A DNA stretch of 64,000 nucleotides from an uncultured bacterium (GCA_963991985.1 CAXDRX010000008.1:399-64398); one strand, 5' to 3'; numbered from the stretch's first letter, positions 38,366-48,411 are shown. The notes: generated by a model not told the origin, from the letters alone. Program-made: numbers and translations.

Positions 38366-41197
38366 TTGAATTTGGCTTTTTTGTTTCATATTCAGGGATA
38401 CAGTCAAGACTTTATTTCTGGTATCATAAAAGATGCTGAAACACAAAACATACTTGTCGGAGCTGATATACGTCAAATTGAAGGTAAAATAATTGCAATC
38501 AGTAATGAAAACGGTGAGTTTAAACTCAAGTTATCCGATAAGTCACCAGTGGTTGTTAACTATATTGGCTACAAAAGCGACACACTTAGAAATTTTTCTA
38601 ATTTAAGCGTTGAAATATTCCTTACACCCTCCTCAAAAGGATTAGATGCATTTACAGTAAATAGTAGATTTAGCCTCCAGCAAATTGGATTAAGAAATCA
38701 AAAGGAATCTAAAAATATTAAAAATATCATAAGCGCAGATCAAATAAAATTATTTCCCGATATGAATGCAGCTGAAGCTGTGGCTCGTGTTCCAGGAATT
38801 ACCTTGCAGAGAGATCAAGGCGAGGGTCGTTTTGTTCAATTACGTGGAACTGCACCTTGGTTAAGTACATTAAATATCAATGGAGAACAAGTACCGAGCC
38901 CGGAAGGGGATGTACGTTATGTTGGCCTTGATGTTATAGCTGCTGACCAAATAGAATTTGTTGAGATTACAAAAGCGCTAACACCTGATATGGATGGAGA
39001 CGCAATTTCAGGAAATGTGAATATCATCACTAAAAAAGCAAGAAATACAGAACCCACATTAAATATGGCTTTTTCAGGAGGCTATAATAACATAAGTAAA
39101 CAACCCAATTTAATGGCAAGTGTTTCCTTCGGTCAAAGAATTAAAAAGCTTGGCTTCCACCTCAATGCAAATCATCAAATAAATAATCAAGGCGCCCATA
39201 ATATAGAATACAAATTTGTACAAAGACCCACGCAAGAAGATACTAGCTTTAATCCCGTTTACTCTGATATCCAGTTTAGGCACTACAGCATAACAAGAAC
39301 AAGAACCGGTATAACCACCACGATGGACTACAGCTTTTCCAAAAACTCCTTCATTATTTTACGAGGAATGTTTAACAACTTTTCGGACAACGAAATTCGA
39401 AGCAGAGTAAGACATAAATTGGGCAGTGGAACTATAATAAATAAGTACTACGCTAAAGAAGCCAAAATAGAAAGAGATCTTAAAATGAGAACCAAACAGC
39501 AACAAATTGCTTCTTTAAATCTAAATGGATCAAGCAATATAAATAAAGCTAAATTAGAATATGGACTCGCTATTTCAAACGCCTTTGAACATACTCCTGA
39601 CCGTTTTGAAATGGTTTTTGAAAGTGACGAACTTGACATACAGTTGGATTTATCAGAGCCGAATTTTCCAAGAATTTCATATCCCTTAGAAAGAGATGAA
39701 AATAATGCTTTTGACATTGAGAATTACGCTTTTGAAGAAATGGAACTACGAAACGACTTTGTTGAAGACCTCAACAAAACTGCGAGATTGGATTTAAGTA
39801 TTCCGCTAAAAAATCCTAAAAACTATCTTAAAGTGGGGGGAAAATGGAGAAATAAAACCCGAGAAAGAAACAACATTGGAGTAACCTACAACAAATACTA
39901 TAACATCTTTTTACCAGGCACAAGACAAATTTATCTTCAAGAAGGACCAGATTTAAACTTAGCCATTTTGGATGAAGATCTAAAAGTTAATAACCTTTTA
40001 AATCGTGGCTATGAACTTGGTCCAACACCGGATCCTCAGCTTAGCAAGGACTTTTATGAATATTATCAACAACATTTTAAAATTGACGAAGACCAAAGCA
40101 AGCAGAAATCTTTTAATTCAGACTATCAAGCCAAAGAAAATATCTATGCCGCATATGCAATGGGTGAATATAATTTGGGTAAATTAAGTATTGTTGGTGG
40201 TTTGAGGTATGAGCTTACTGAAATTGAACACAAGGGAAATGTTTTAAAACTAGAAAAAGGCAGGTTCTTCAGAGATTTATTTGAAGAACAAAAAAACTAT
40301 TCTCGAAGCTTTCTTTTGCCACAAATACACCTTACCTATCGGCCCGACAGAAATACCAATATACGATTTGCGGCAACAACCTCTTATTCTCGTCCAAATT
40401 TTGAAGACAATTTACCCTACAGAGAGGAAGAGAATGAAGATGAAGTTACTTATGGAAACCCTCTACTAAATTATCCAAAATCCTTTAATCTCGACTTTAT
40501 GCTGGAAAAGTACTTGCCCAACAATGGTCTTTTATCTGGAGGATTATTCTACAAAAGAATTGATGATTTTATATTTTTCTACAAACGATTTGTACATGAA
40601 GATTCTAATTTTAGCACTGCAGGACTTAACGAAATAACTATGGCCAATAACGGTCTTTTTGCAAATGTGATGGGCATAGAACTTACAGCCAATATTAAAT
40701 TTTCTAAGCTACCCAAAAATTGGCGACATTTTGGGATTTTATCAAATTACACCTTTACACTGTCCGAAGCTTTTATAAATCAAAGATTACCAATTGAACG
40801 ATTAGACCAAGTGTTCATTTATGGTACAGATGGCAAAGGTTTTCTTTTAAACAATAACCAGCGAGAAAAAATAACTCTACCCGGACAATCCCCACACACC
40901 GCTAATTTTTCCCTTTTTTATGACCATCCAAAATTTTATGCAAAACTTTCAGCAAACTATCAAGATAGATTCTTAAATGAGCTTGGGGCAGAAAACGAAC
41001 TTGATGTATTTTACGATAGACAATTTCATCTAGACTTTCTGGCAGACTATGTTCTAAATCCCCAAATCAAATGTTTTATTCAAATTAACAATATCACCAA
41101 CCAGCCACTAAGGTATTACCTAGGAAATCCCTCGTTAACGAAGCAATATGAGTTTTATTCTTGGTGGGGAAGAATTGGTTTAAAAGCAAATTTTTAG
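38366..41197 (+). CDS. TonB-dependent outer-membrane receptor with a carboxypeptidase-regulatory-like N-terminal domain. The start is problematic; see findings.
   Basis: Plug region DAFTVNSRF...GITLQRDQGEGRFVQLRG, a ~700-aa beta-barrel, and a terminal aromatic residue (KANF). As drawn from the TTG at 38366, the signal peptide is too short. Confidence 0.75.
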   Translation: MNLAFLFHIQGYSQDFISGIIKDAETQNILVGADIRQIEGKIIAISNENGEFKLKLSDKSPVVVNYIGYKSDTLRNFSNLSVEIFLTPSSKGLDAFTVNSRFSLQQIGLRNQKESKNIKNIISADQIKLFPDMNAAEAVARVPGITLQRDQGEGRFVQLRGTAPWLSTLNINGEQVPSPEGDVRYVGLDVIAADQIEFVEITKALTPDMDGDAISGNVNIITKKARNTEPTLNMAFSGGYNNISKQPNLMASVSFGQRIKKLGFHLNANHQINNQGAHNIEYKFVQRPTQEDTSFNPVYSDIQFRHYSITRTRTGITTTMDYSFSKNSFIILRGMFNNFSDNEIRSRVRHKLGSGTIINKYYAKEAKIERDLKMRTKQQQIASLNLNGSSNINKAKLEYGLAISNAFEHTPDRFEMVFESDELDIQLDLSEPNFPRISYPLERDENNAFDIENYAFEEMELRNDFVEDLNKTARLDLSIPLKNPKNYLKVGGKWRNKTRERNNIGVTYNKYYNIFLPGTRQIYLQEGPDLNLAILDEDLKVNNLLNRGYELGPTPDPQLSKDFYEYYQQHFKIDEDQSKQKSFNSDYQAKENIYAAYAMGEYNLGKLSIVGGLRYELTEIEHKGNVLKLEKGRFFRDLFEEQKNYSRSFLLPQIHLTYRPDRNTNIRFAATTSYSRPNFEDNLPYREEENEDEVTYGNPLLNYPKSFNLDFMLEKYLPNNGLLSGGLFYKRIDDFIFFYKRFVHEDSNFSTAGLNEITMANNGLFANVMGIELTANIKFSKLPKNWRHFGILSNYTFTLSEAFINQRLPIERLDQVFIYGTDGKGFLLNNNQREKITLPGQSPHTANFSLFYDHPKFYAKLSANYQDRFLNELGAENELDVFYDRQFHLDFLADYVLNPQIKCFIQINNITNQPLRYYLGNPSLTKQYEFYSWWGRIGLKANF

Positions 41198-41199
41198 AT

Positions 41200-42174
41200 A
41201 TGAAGCTTGGTATTTTAGGTTTTTTGATTGGTCTTTTTTCAATCCAGACAAAAATAAAACCAGATGTAATCACTCAAAAGGTGCGTCATGATAGCGACGA
41301 TCCAGCAATTTGGTATAACACGAAAAATCCCCAAAACAGTGTAATTTTCGGAACTGACAAAGATAAAGACGGCTCAGTTTTAGCCTTTGATTTAAATGGA
41401 AAAATTATCGACTCGCTTTGTATCTTTGGGCTGAGAAGACCCAACAACATAGATATTCAACAAAACTTTAGTTATAACGGAAAACAACATTCAATTTTAG
41501 CAATTACTGAAAGGGAACTAAAACGAATTCGACTATTTTCTATTCCAGATATGCATGAAATTGGAAATGGTTTTAGGATCTTTCAAAATGACACATTTCC
41601 ACGTTTTGATCTGCCTATGGGAATTACTTTAGGCGCTAAAAATCAAAAGTTGCAAATTTTTGTCAGTAGAAAAGAAGGGCCTTCAAAAGGTTATATTCAC
41701 CAATATTCTTTCGACCCAGTTCATCTAAGTTTGAATCTGACCAAAACACTAGGAAATTTTGATGGTAAAAATGAAATTGAAGCTTTGTGTTTAGACGACG
41801 ACAAAAACATCTTGTATTACAGCGACGAAGGATTTGGCGTTCACGCTCTAAATTTAACAACCGAACATGATACCGTTTTTGGGCGAACTCAATTTGGAGA
41901 AGACCACGAAGGTATCGCCTTGCTTAAAAATGACTCGCTAAACTTGGTTGTTGTTTCAGATCAAAAAAATGGTGAACTAGAACTCTTTGATGCTTCCAAC
42001 AACTACAGACATCTTGCAAGTGTAAAAATGAGTGCCAAAGAAACTGATGGAATAGAAATACTCAACTACCCAATGAAAATATTTCAAAATGGTTTACTTG
42101 TAATCATGTCAGACAACCGAACTTTTCAATACTATTCTTTAAATAAACTAATTAATTCCTTAATAAATAATTAA
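41200..42174 (+). CDS. Beta-propeller phytase (3-phytase, BPP family).
   Basis: HDSDDPAIWYNTKNPQNS...LAFDLNGKII aligns with Bacillus PhyC AADDPAIWLDPKTPQNS...VYSLDGKML, with further colinear matches including DDD..LYYSDE and ETDGIEIL. Signal peptide from the ATG at 41200. Confidence 0.7.
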   Translation: MKLGILGFLIGLFSIQTKIKPDVITQKVRHDSDDPAIWYNTKNPQNSVIFGTDKDKDGSVLAFDLNGKIIDSLCIFGLRRPNNIDIQQNFSYNGKQHSILAITERELKRIRLFSIPDMHEIGNGFRIFQNDTFPRFDLPMGITLGAKNQKLQIFVSRKEGPSKGYIHQYSFDPVHLSLNLTKTLGNFDGKNEIEALCLDDDKNILYYSDEGFGVHALNLTTEHDTVFGRTQFGEDHEGIALLKNDSLNLVVVSDQKNGELELFDASNNYRHLASVKMSAKETDGIEILNYPMKIFQNGLLVIMSDNRTFQYYSLNKLINSLINN

Positions 42175-42201
42175 CCTGTCGCTAGAGGCGATGTATTTCC
42201 T

Positions 42202-45200
42202 TTGCCAACAAAAATAGATATGTTTAAATATTACAAATGTTTTTTATTGACTGCTGCCGCTGTTCTTTTCGGATTCAGCACAAAGGCCCAATTTAAAATG
42301 GAAAAATTAGGCACCTTCACTGCAGAAGCAGACTTTGCCGAAGGAGGTACAGAAATTATTGCTTATGACGAAACAGGGAAAAAAGTATTTTCTACCAATG
42401 GATTCCAAAACAGAATAGACATCATAGATGTGAATGATCCAACCAAACCAGTTTTCGTAAAGTCCTTTGATGTCTCCGCGATCGGAGATGGGATTCAGAG
42501 TGTTGCCGTGCATGGTGGTATTGTTGCTGTTGCAATCTCAAACGAAGATGGAACCAAAAATGGCTTTGTAGGTTTTTTTGATACCGACGGGAATTTCAAA
42601 TCCTTCGTTGAGGTAGGTGTGCTTCCCGATGCAGTAACTTTCTCATCAGATGGAAAAACAGTGATTTCTTCCAATGAAGGAGAACCAAGTGACGATTACT
42701 TACAAGATCCTAAAGGTTCTATCTCAATCATTGACGTATCAGGAGGTATTGATGGTATTTCACAAGCCAATGTTGTTACCCTAGGTTTTGAAGATTACAA
42801 CAACAACTACAATAGAAACATAAGAGTATTTGGTCGTACAGAGAATTTTGCTAGCGATTTTGAAGATTCCACTTTAGAAGCAAGTGGTGTTCACGCCTTT
42901 AGCAATGCTTCCAACAGAGACTGGAGACTTTCTTCAAGAAGTGGAATCTCTTATGCCGAAATGAATGGATTTGGTGGTGACGTGGCTTCCGACGATTGGT
43001 TGGTGATTGATTCTTTAAATCTCTCTGCCAGTGGGCACGAGCACGCTTACCTAAGTTTTCTAAATGAAAGACGATACAATGGAAATGGAATGGAGGTGTT
43101 GGCCTCTACCGATTTCGCTGGTGATGTGAAATCAGCAACTTGGACAAATATCGAAGACAACAAGTCTATTAGCTTGAGGCTTACTTCTGCTTCCGACGAT
43201 ACAGAAGAATATGTAGCAGGACCCAACCAAACCAAAACGGTTGGAGAGCAAGATTTTGGGAGTTCAGACTTAGAGTTTAATTCTGAAAAAGAAGGCATGA
43301 CCCGACCGCAAGTTGTTGCCATCCGATTTGATAATGTGCAGATTCAGCCTGGAGCAAAAGTTAAAAATGCTTTCGTTCAATTCGAAGTAGATGAAGCTGC
43401 CAAGGATACTGGAAAATGCTCTGTGGATATCATGGTGGAAGACAGCGAAAATGCCTCAACATTTGTTGGAACTAATTCAGAAGTTGCCAATAGAACGAAA
43501 ATGATCAATAATGTAACTGACCTAATAATTTCAGAATATGCAGAAGGTTCTTCGAGCAACAAGTACATTGAAATTTACAATGGTACAGGTTCAGATGTAG
43601 ATTTGTCTAAATACTCAATAAAAGGTACAAATAATGGAACCTCATGGGGAGACAATGGAGAAAGAGATTTTGCCCTTACTGGAACCTTATCTAATGATTC
43701 AGTTTATATTATTTGTGCTGATCAAGCTGATGCAAGTATTCTCGCCAAAGCGGATACAGCATTAGCCTACGAGAGCCCACTTCATCATAATGGAGACGAT
43801 GCAATAGCAATCTTTAAAGGAACTGAAATAATTGATGCTGTTGGCGTTGACGGAAATGATCCAGGGAGTGGTTGGAACGTAGCTGGAGTTAAAGATGCAA
43901 CAAAGGACCACACTTTGAGAAGAAAACCTAATTCACAGCCAAATATGGGAGATTGGTCAAAAAGCTCCGGTGATAATGCTGAAAACTCCGAATGGATTGT
44001 TGAAGCTAAAGATGTTTGGACCTTTTTGGGCCAACATGAAGGTCCTAACTCCGAATGGATTGTTGAAGCTAAAGATGTTTGGACCTTTTTGGGCCAACAT
44101 GAAGATCTTAAAAGTGTAAGATGGACGATTGCGGCAAATACTTGGCAAACAGTTGGTGAGGCGGGAGCAGATCAACAAACAGTTGATATCTCCAAACTTA
44201 TCCAGTCTGTCGTAGACATGCCTGGTTGGAAAGCGGGAAATGCCATTGCACTGTATTTTGCTCCTGCCGGAATAGACGAAGGAATCCGTGTTGCTAAATC
44301 TGCCGATGTTGCACCAAACGAAGCAGCAGAATTGCATGTAGCCTTTGACGGTGGCGTAATCAATTGGTCCGACAACGGACAATGGAACTGGGTTGAATCG
44401 GGGCTGATAGACATTTCTGAACACATTTCAGACAATACTGCCATTGCTTTTCACTACACTGGAGGAAATAATAAAGGCGATGGCGTCGGTTCACTTTACA
44501 GAATTACTGAACTTGAAATCGCTCAGCAAGACTTGGCGAATGATCTAGAACCAGAATATTCAGTAGTAGGTTCGGACAACAACACGATTTACACCGTAGC
44601 TCAAGAAAACAATGCCATGATTGTGAGTACCATCAACCCGCCTGCCATTTATGGAATTTACCCATTAGGCACCAAAGACCACAGCGCTCCAGGAAACGGC
44701 TTAGACCCAACCAACGACGATGGTGGAATCAATATCGGCAACTTTCCACTGAATGGAATGTTCATGCCAGATGGTATGGCTGTTGCAAATATTGGCGGAT
44801 CCGACTATGTATTTACGGCCAATGAAGGAGATGCAAGAGAATACGAAGGAAACCCTGGGTTGATCGAAGAGGTGGATCTCCTAGATGGAGGACAAGGCCT
44901 AGTTGGACAAGGTTACATGGACATGGACAACAACGACACTGCCGACGATGGAACGGAAGACTGGTATACTCAATGGGGAGGAGATGACAAATTAAATGAT
45001 ATGTCTTATCCGCTTGCTTTCAACGTGCATTCCAATGGTGTAATCGGAGATTTAAATCTTTACGGAGATACCGACGGTGACGGACTTATTGAAGAATTGC
45101 ACAGTTACGGAGCAAGATCTTTTACCATTTGGGACAACCGATTGAACATCGTATTTGATAGCAAGGATGAATTCGAACAAACCATTGCCAAAGAACAACC

Positions 45201-45822
45201 TGACAATTTTGGGAATGACAATGACGAACAAGATTTTGAAGGAAGAAGCGACAACAAAGGACCAGAACCCGAATCGGTTGCTGTAGGTCAGTTGGGAGAC
45301 AAATATTTCGCTTTCATTGGACTAGAAAGAGCCGGTGGAATCATGGTCTACGATGTAACCGATCCTGCCAATTCTAAATATGTAATGTACGAACTCAATC
45401 GAGATGTTACAAAAGCCATAGAGGAGCAAGGTGACCTGGGCCCGGAGGATGTGAAATTCATTCCTGCCGAGCAAAGCCCGAACGGAAAAGCCATGGTGAT
45501 GGTATCAAATGAAGTGAGCAACACCATTACACTTTACAATGTAGAATTCGAAACGGGCAATATCCAAGAAATTGCCAACGAAGATTTGGTTAAAATTTCA
45601 CCCAACCCATCCAATGGAGATCTAAAGTTATACGTAAACGGAGCAATAAGCGATAATTACAATATTGAGGTCTATAATCTTGTTGGTAACATTGTTTACA
45701 GCAAAAAGGGACTCCACGGAGGAGTAGCCTCTATAGACTTAACACAATTAGGCAAAGGGGTTTATATAATCTCTGTTGGAAACGAAAAAGTTTCAAGCAG
45801 ACAAAGAGTTGTATTGAAATAA
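42202..45822 (+). CDS. Large secreted multidomain protein: a choice-of-anchor-I-like beta-propeller, a lamin-tail domain, the domain shared with 37378..38319, and a T9SS C-terminal domain.
   Basis: Signal peptide. LTD motif IISEYAEGSSSNKYIEIYNGTGSDVDLSKYSI. C-terminus ISPNPSNGDLKLYV...GVYIISVGNEKVSSRQRVVLK is a T9SS CTD. The choice-of-anchor-I assignment of the N- and C-terminal propeller parts is from memory. Confidence 0.6.
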   Translation: MPTKIDMFKYYKCFLLTAAAVLFGFSTKAQFKMEKLGTFTAEADFAEGGTEIIAYDETGKKVFSTNGFQNRIDIIDVNDPTKPVFVKSFDVSAIGDGIQSVAVHGGIVAVAISNEDGTKNGFVGFFDTDGNFKSFVEVGVLPDAVTFSSDGKTVISSNEGEPSDDYLQDPKGSISIIDVSGGIDGISQANVVTLGFEDYNNNYNRNIRVFGRTENFASDFEDSTLEASGVHAFSNASNRDWRLSSRSGISYAEMNGFGGDVASDDWLVIDSLNLSASGHEHAYLSFLNERRYNGNGMEVLASTDFAGDVKSATWTNIEDNKSISLRLTSASDDTEEYVAGPNQTKTVGEQDFGSSDLEFNSEKEGMTRPQVVAIRFDNVQIQPGAKVKNAFVQFEVDEAAKDTGKCSVDIMVEDSENASTFVGTNSEVANRTKMINNVTDLIISEYAEGSSSNKYIEIYNGTGSDVDLSKYSIKGTNNGTSWGDNGERDFALTGTLSNDSVYIICADQADASILAKADTALAYESPLHHNGDDAIAIFKGTEIIDAVGVDGNDPGSGWNVAGVKDATKDHTLRRKPNSQPNMGDWSKSSGDNAENSEWIVEAKDVWTFLGQHEGPNSEWIVEAKDVWTFLGQHEDLKSVRWTIAANTWQTVGEAGADQQTVDISKLIQSVVDMPGWKAGNAIALYFAPAGIDEGIRVAKSADVAPNEAAELHVAFDGGVINWSDNGQWNWVESGLIDISEHISDNTAIAFHYTGGNNKGDGVGSLYRITELEIAQQDLANDLEPEYSVVGSDNNTIYTVAQENNAMIVSTINPPAIYGIYPLGTKDHSAPGNGLDPTNDDGGINIGNFPLNGMFMPDGMAVANIGGSDYVFTANEGDAREYEGNPGLIEEVDLLDGGQGLVGQGYMDMDNNDTADDGTEDWYTQWGGDDKLNDMSYPLAFNVHSNGVIGDLNLYGDTDGDGLIEELHSYGARSFTIWDNRLNIVFDSKDEFEQTIAKEQPDNFGNDNDEQDFEGRSDNKGPEPESVAVGQLGDKYFAFIGLERAGGIMVYDVTDPANSKYVMYELNRDVTKAIEEQGDLGPEDVKFIPAEQSPNGKAMVMVSNEVSNTITLYNVEFETGNIQEIANEDLVKISPNPSNGDLKLYVNGAISDNYNIEVYNLVGNIVYSKKGLHGGVASIDLTQLGKGVYIISVGNEKVSSRQRVVLK
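43984..44109 (+). repeat. In-frame tandem duplication of a 63-bp unit (21 aa, NSEWIVEAKDVWTFLGQHEGP twice). 58 of 63 nt are identical between copies.
   Basis: Copy 1 is 43984..44046 and copy 2 is 44047..44109. The copies differ only in their last 5 nt. Confidence 0.9.
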
Positions 45823-45846
45823 TTCACCACAGAACCCATCAAAAAA

Positions 45847-45874
45847 GGCCCGTCCAAAAGACGGGCCTTTTTTT
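45847..45874. terminator. Bidirectional intrinsic terminator serving the 1206-aa gene and tRNA-Pro.
   Basis: GGCCCGTC-CAAAA-GACGGGCC stem-loop, flanked by an A6 run and a T7 run. Confidence 0.7.
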
Positions 45875-45883
45875 GTAAAATTG

Positions 45884-45958
45884 TCGGGATGAGTGGATTC
45901 GAACCACCGATCTCACGCCCCCCAGACGTGCACTTTAACCGGACTAAGCTACATCCCG
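45884..45958 (-). tRNA. tRNA-Pro, anticodon GGG, 75 nt; CCA not encoded.
   Basis: Manual cloverleaf fold: acceptor CGGGATG/CATCCCG, D-loop with GG, anticodon stem CACGT/GCGTG, loop CTGGGGG (U33, G37), and T-arm GGTGG-TTCGAAT-CCACT. Confidence 0.85.
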
Positions 45959-45969
45959 ATAGAACAAAT

Positions 45970-47199
45970 TTACACCAAATTACCTAAGGTCATTTCCAAC
46001 GCTTTGGTAGAAATTCCTGTACTTTTTGGATTGAACTGGTGAACGCGCATCAACGTTTTTCTCATCAACTCACTGGTATCTTTGAAAATCGCCACGTCAC
46101 TTACTTCATTTCCTACTTGATGCAAGTAGGCAAAAGTTCTTGCCATCCCTGCATTGGCTATAAAATCAGGAATGACTGCAATATTTTGGTCTGCAAATTG
46201 TGCGATAGAACCCATAAAAATTTCTTTGTCTGCAAAGGGTACATTGGCACCATTTGAAATGACCTCTATGCCTGAGGCAATCATTTGTTCTACATTCTTT
46301 CTAGAAATAAGTCGTGATGCAGCACCAGGAATAAAAATTTCCGCATTCAAATTCCAAATCTTATTATTTATTTCCTCAAAAGAGCTCATTTCTGGATGAA
46401 ACAGCTTGTTTCCCTTTCTGTTGATAAACAAATCTGTAATTTCATCCAAACCCAATCCTTCTTCCTTAATCAATCCATGTTCTTTGTCGATAATTCCAGT
46501 GATCAATGCGCCATGCTTTGCAAGATAAAATGCAGCCGATGCTGCTACATTTCCCCATCCCTGTATCACGGCTCTTTTGCCCTGAATTCTTCCACCCCAA
46601 ATCTCATAATAATGACGTACACATTCCGAAACACCAAAACCAGTAATCATGTCACTAACCGTGTATTCTTTTTGAATGCTTGGACTGAAACGCGTGTCTG
46701 TAATTTTCATGGATACCCCCAACTGTAATTGCTGGATGGCTTGCAATTTGTCTTGTTCGTTGTATGTCTGAAAATGACCATTGACCGTTCCTTCTTGGGG
46801 ATGCAACAGACCCAAATCAGAGGTATAAGGAATGACCTCGTGAATTTCATCTACATTCATATCTCCACCCGTTCCGTAATAAGACTTTAGCAAAGGATAA
46901 ATCGCTTTGTACCAACGTCTTAACACACCCTCTTTTCGAGGGTCTTTCGGATCAAAATTAATCCCAGACTTTGCCCCTCCGATGGATGGACCACTAATGG
47001 CAAATTTTACTTCCATTGTTTTTGCCAATGACTCTACCTCTCTCATATTTAAGCCTTTCCTCATTCTTGTGCCACCACCTGCTGATCCATTTCGCAGGGA
47101 ATTGATTACCAACCAACCTTCGGCTTCCGTCTCAAAATCAGACCATTCGAAAACAATTTCTGGTCTTTTCTCCTCAAATTGTTGAAGTAATTTGATCAT
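45970..47199 (-). CDS. Glu/Leu/Phe/Val dehydrogenase family NAD(P)-dependent amino-acid dehydrogenase.
   Basis: GGGTRMRKG...GPSIGGAKSGINFDP (catalytic Lys region) and the C-terminal Rossmann GWGNVA. Confidence 0.7.
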   Translation of the reverse strand: MIKLLQQFEEKRPEIVFEWSDFETEAEGWLVINSLRNGSAGGGTRMRKGLNMREVESLAKTMEVKFAISGPSIGGAKSGINFDPKDPRKEGVLRRWYKAIYPLLKSYYGTGGDMNVDEIHEVIPYTSDLGLLHPQEGTVNGHFQTYNEQDKLQAIQQLQLGVSMKITDTRFSPSIQKEYTVSDMITGFGVSECVRHYYEIWGGRIQGKRAVIQGWGNVAASAAFYLAKHGALITGIIDKEHGLIKEEGLGLDEITDLFINRKGNKLFHPEMSSFEEINNKIWNLNAEIFIPGAASRLISRKNVEQMIASGIEVISNGANVPFADKEIFMGSIAQFADQNIAVIPDFIANAGMARTFAYLHQVGNEVSDVAIFKDTSELMRKTLMRVHQFNPKSTGISTKALEMTLGNLV

Positions 47200-47202
47200 T
47201 CT

Positions 47203-48294
47203 CTAAATCAAGTCTGCAAAATTTCCGTGCAATGAGCCTGCAAGTACATCGTCATCTGCACCGGTTACTGATTTGTAAATGTTGTCGGTATTTTTTACCC
47301 TCAAAATACCCAATAGCGAAAAAACCAATGCCTCTTTGTATTTCACAACGTTGTCTTCTGGAACAACAATTTCTGCATCGGTATGTATTTTGATGTGGTC
47401 TATCAAGGTTTTATTGAAGACTCCTCCACCTGTTGCCAATACTCTTTTGACACTTCCCTCTCCGCCTGTTAAATCTTCGATGGTATTTCCAATTTGACAA
47501 CCAACATGATCACACAACGTTTTCATCTTGTCTTCTTTGCTTATGCCACTTTCTCGTACGTTGAACCAAAATTGATCATTGATCCATTCCCGGCCCAAAG
47601 TTTTGGGCCCTTTTTGGTGGTAAAATTCAATTTTGTTCAATTTGTCCAAAAGTTGATAATCAATTTTTCCAGACTCTGCAATGGTTCCACCCTCATCATA
47701 ATCTTGTCCAAATTCCCTGGCTATTCTATTGAAGAGGATATTGGCTGGACAAACATCAAAACCAATTCGCTGTCCATTTTGGTTGGAAGATATGTTCGCA
47801 AAACCACCAATGTTCAGACACACATCATATTCTGAAAATAACAATTCGTCTCCTACGGCACTTAGAGGAGCACCTTGACCACCGAAAATAACATCCATAG
47901 CTCTGAAATTTGTCACCGAAGGAATTCCTGTCATTGCTGTAATGGAATGCCCATCTCCGATTTGCACGGTTAGGTTATTTTGTGGCTGATGAAAAATAGT
48001 GTGGCCATGTGAGGCTATTAAATCAGCATCTAGATTGCTTTCATCAAGAAAATTGACAATCTTTTCTCCGATATACTGCCCAAAATATCGGTCTGTTTTG
48101 TAGAAGGTGAGAGACGACTGGTTTCGCAGCTTAGACAATCTAAGCCTCCATTTGTCGCCATAAGGAATGGTTGCGGCCTTATTGATTTTATAATCCCATC
48201 TACCGTCTTTTTTTTCATTAAGTGTAACGTGAGCAATGTCCAACCCATCCATGGAAGTTCCCGACATAACCCCTATAATATTGTATGAACTCAT
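47203..48294 (-). CDS. anmK: Anhydro-N-acetylmuramic acid kinase.
   Basis: IGVMSGTSMDGLDIA N-terminal ASKHA motif and ~365-aa length. Internal ATG chosen. Confidence 0.85.
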   Translation of the reverse strand: MSSYNIIGVMSGTSMDGLDIAHVTLNEKKDGRWDYKINKAATIPYGDKWRLRLSKLRNQSSLTFYKTDRYFGQYIGEKIVNFLDESNLDADLIASHGHTIFHQPQNNLTVQIGDGHSITAMTGIPSVTNFRAMDVIFGGQGAPLSAVGDELLFSEYDVCLNIGGFANISSNQNGQRIGFDVCPANILFNRIAREFGQDYDEGGTIAESGKIDYQLLDKLNKIEFYHQKGPKTLGREWINDQFWFNVRESGISKEDKMKTLCDHVGCQIGNTIEDLTGGEGSVKRVLATGGGVFNKTLIDHIKIHTDAEIVVPEDNVVKYKEALVFSLLGILRVKNTDNIYKSVTGADDDVLAGSLHGNFADLI

Positions 48295-48411
48295 AATTTT
48301 TTGAAATTTGTAATTGCCCTCATTTTTTGGACAAAGGGACACAAAATTACGATTTTGTAACCCTACATACAATCATTTTGTAATTAGGCCTTAATTTGCA
48401 ATACAATCGAA

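Noticed and set aside
45841-45970. Mobile-element integration at tRNA-Pro.
   Set aside because: No integrase, recombinase, transposase or direct repeat of the tRNA 3' end is seen within the window, so only the accessory character of the adjacent locus is noted.
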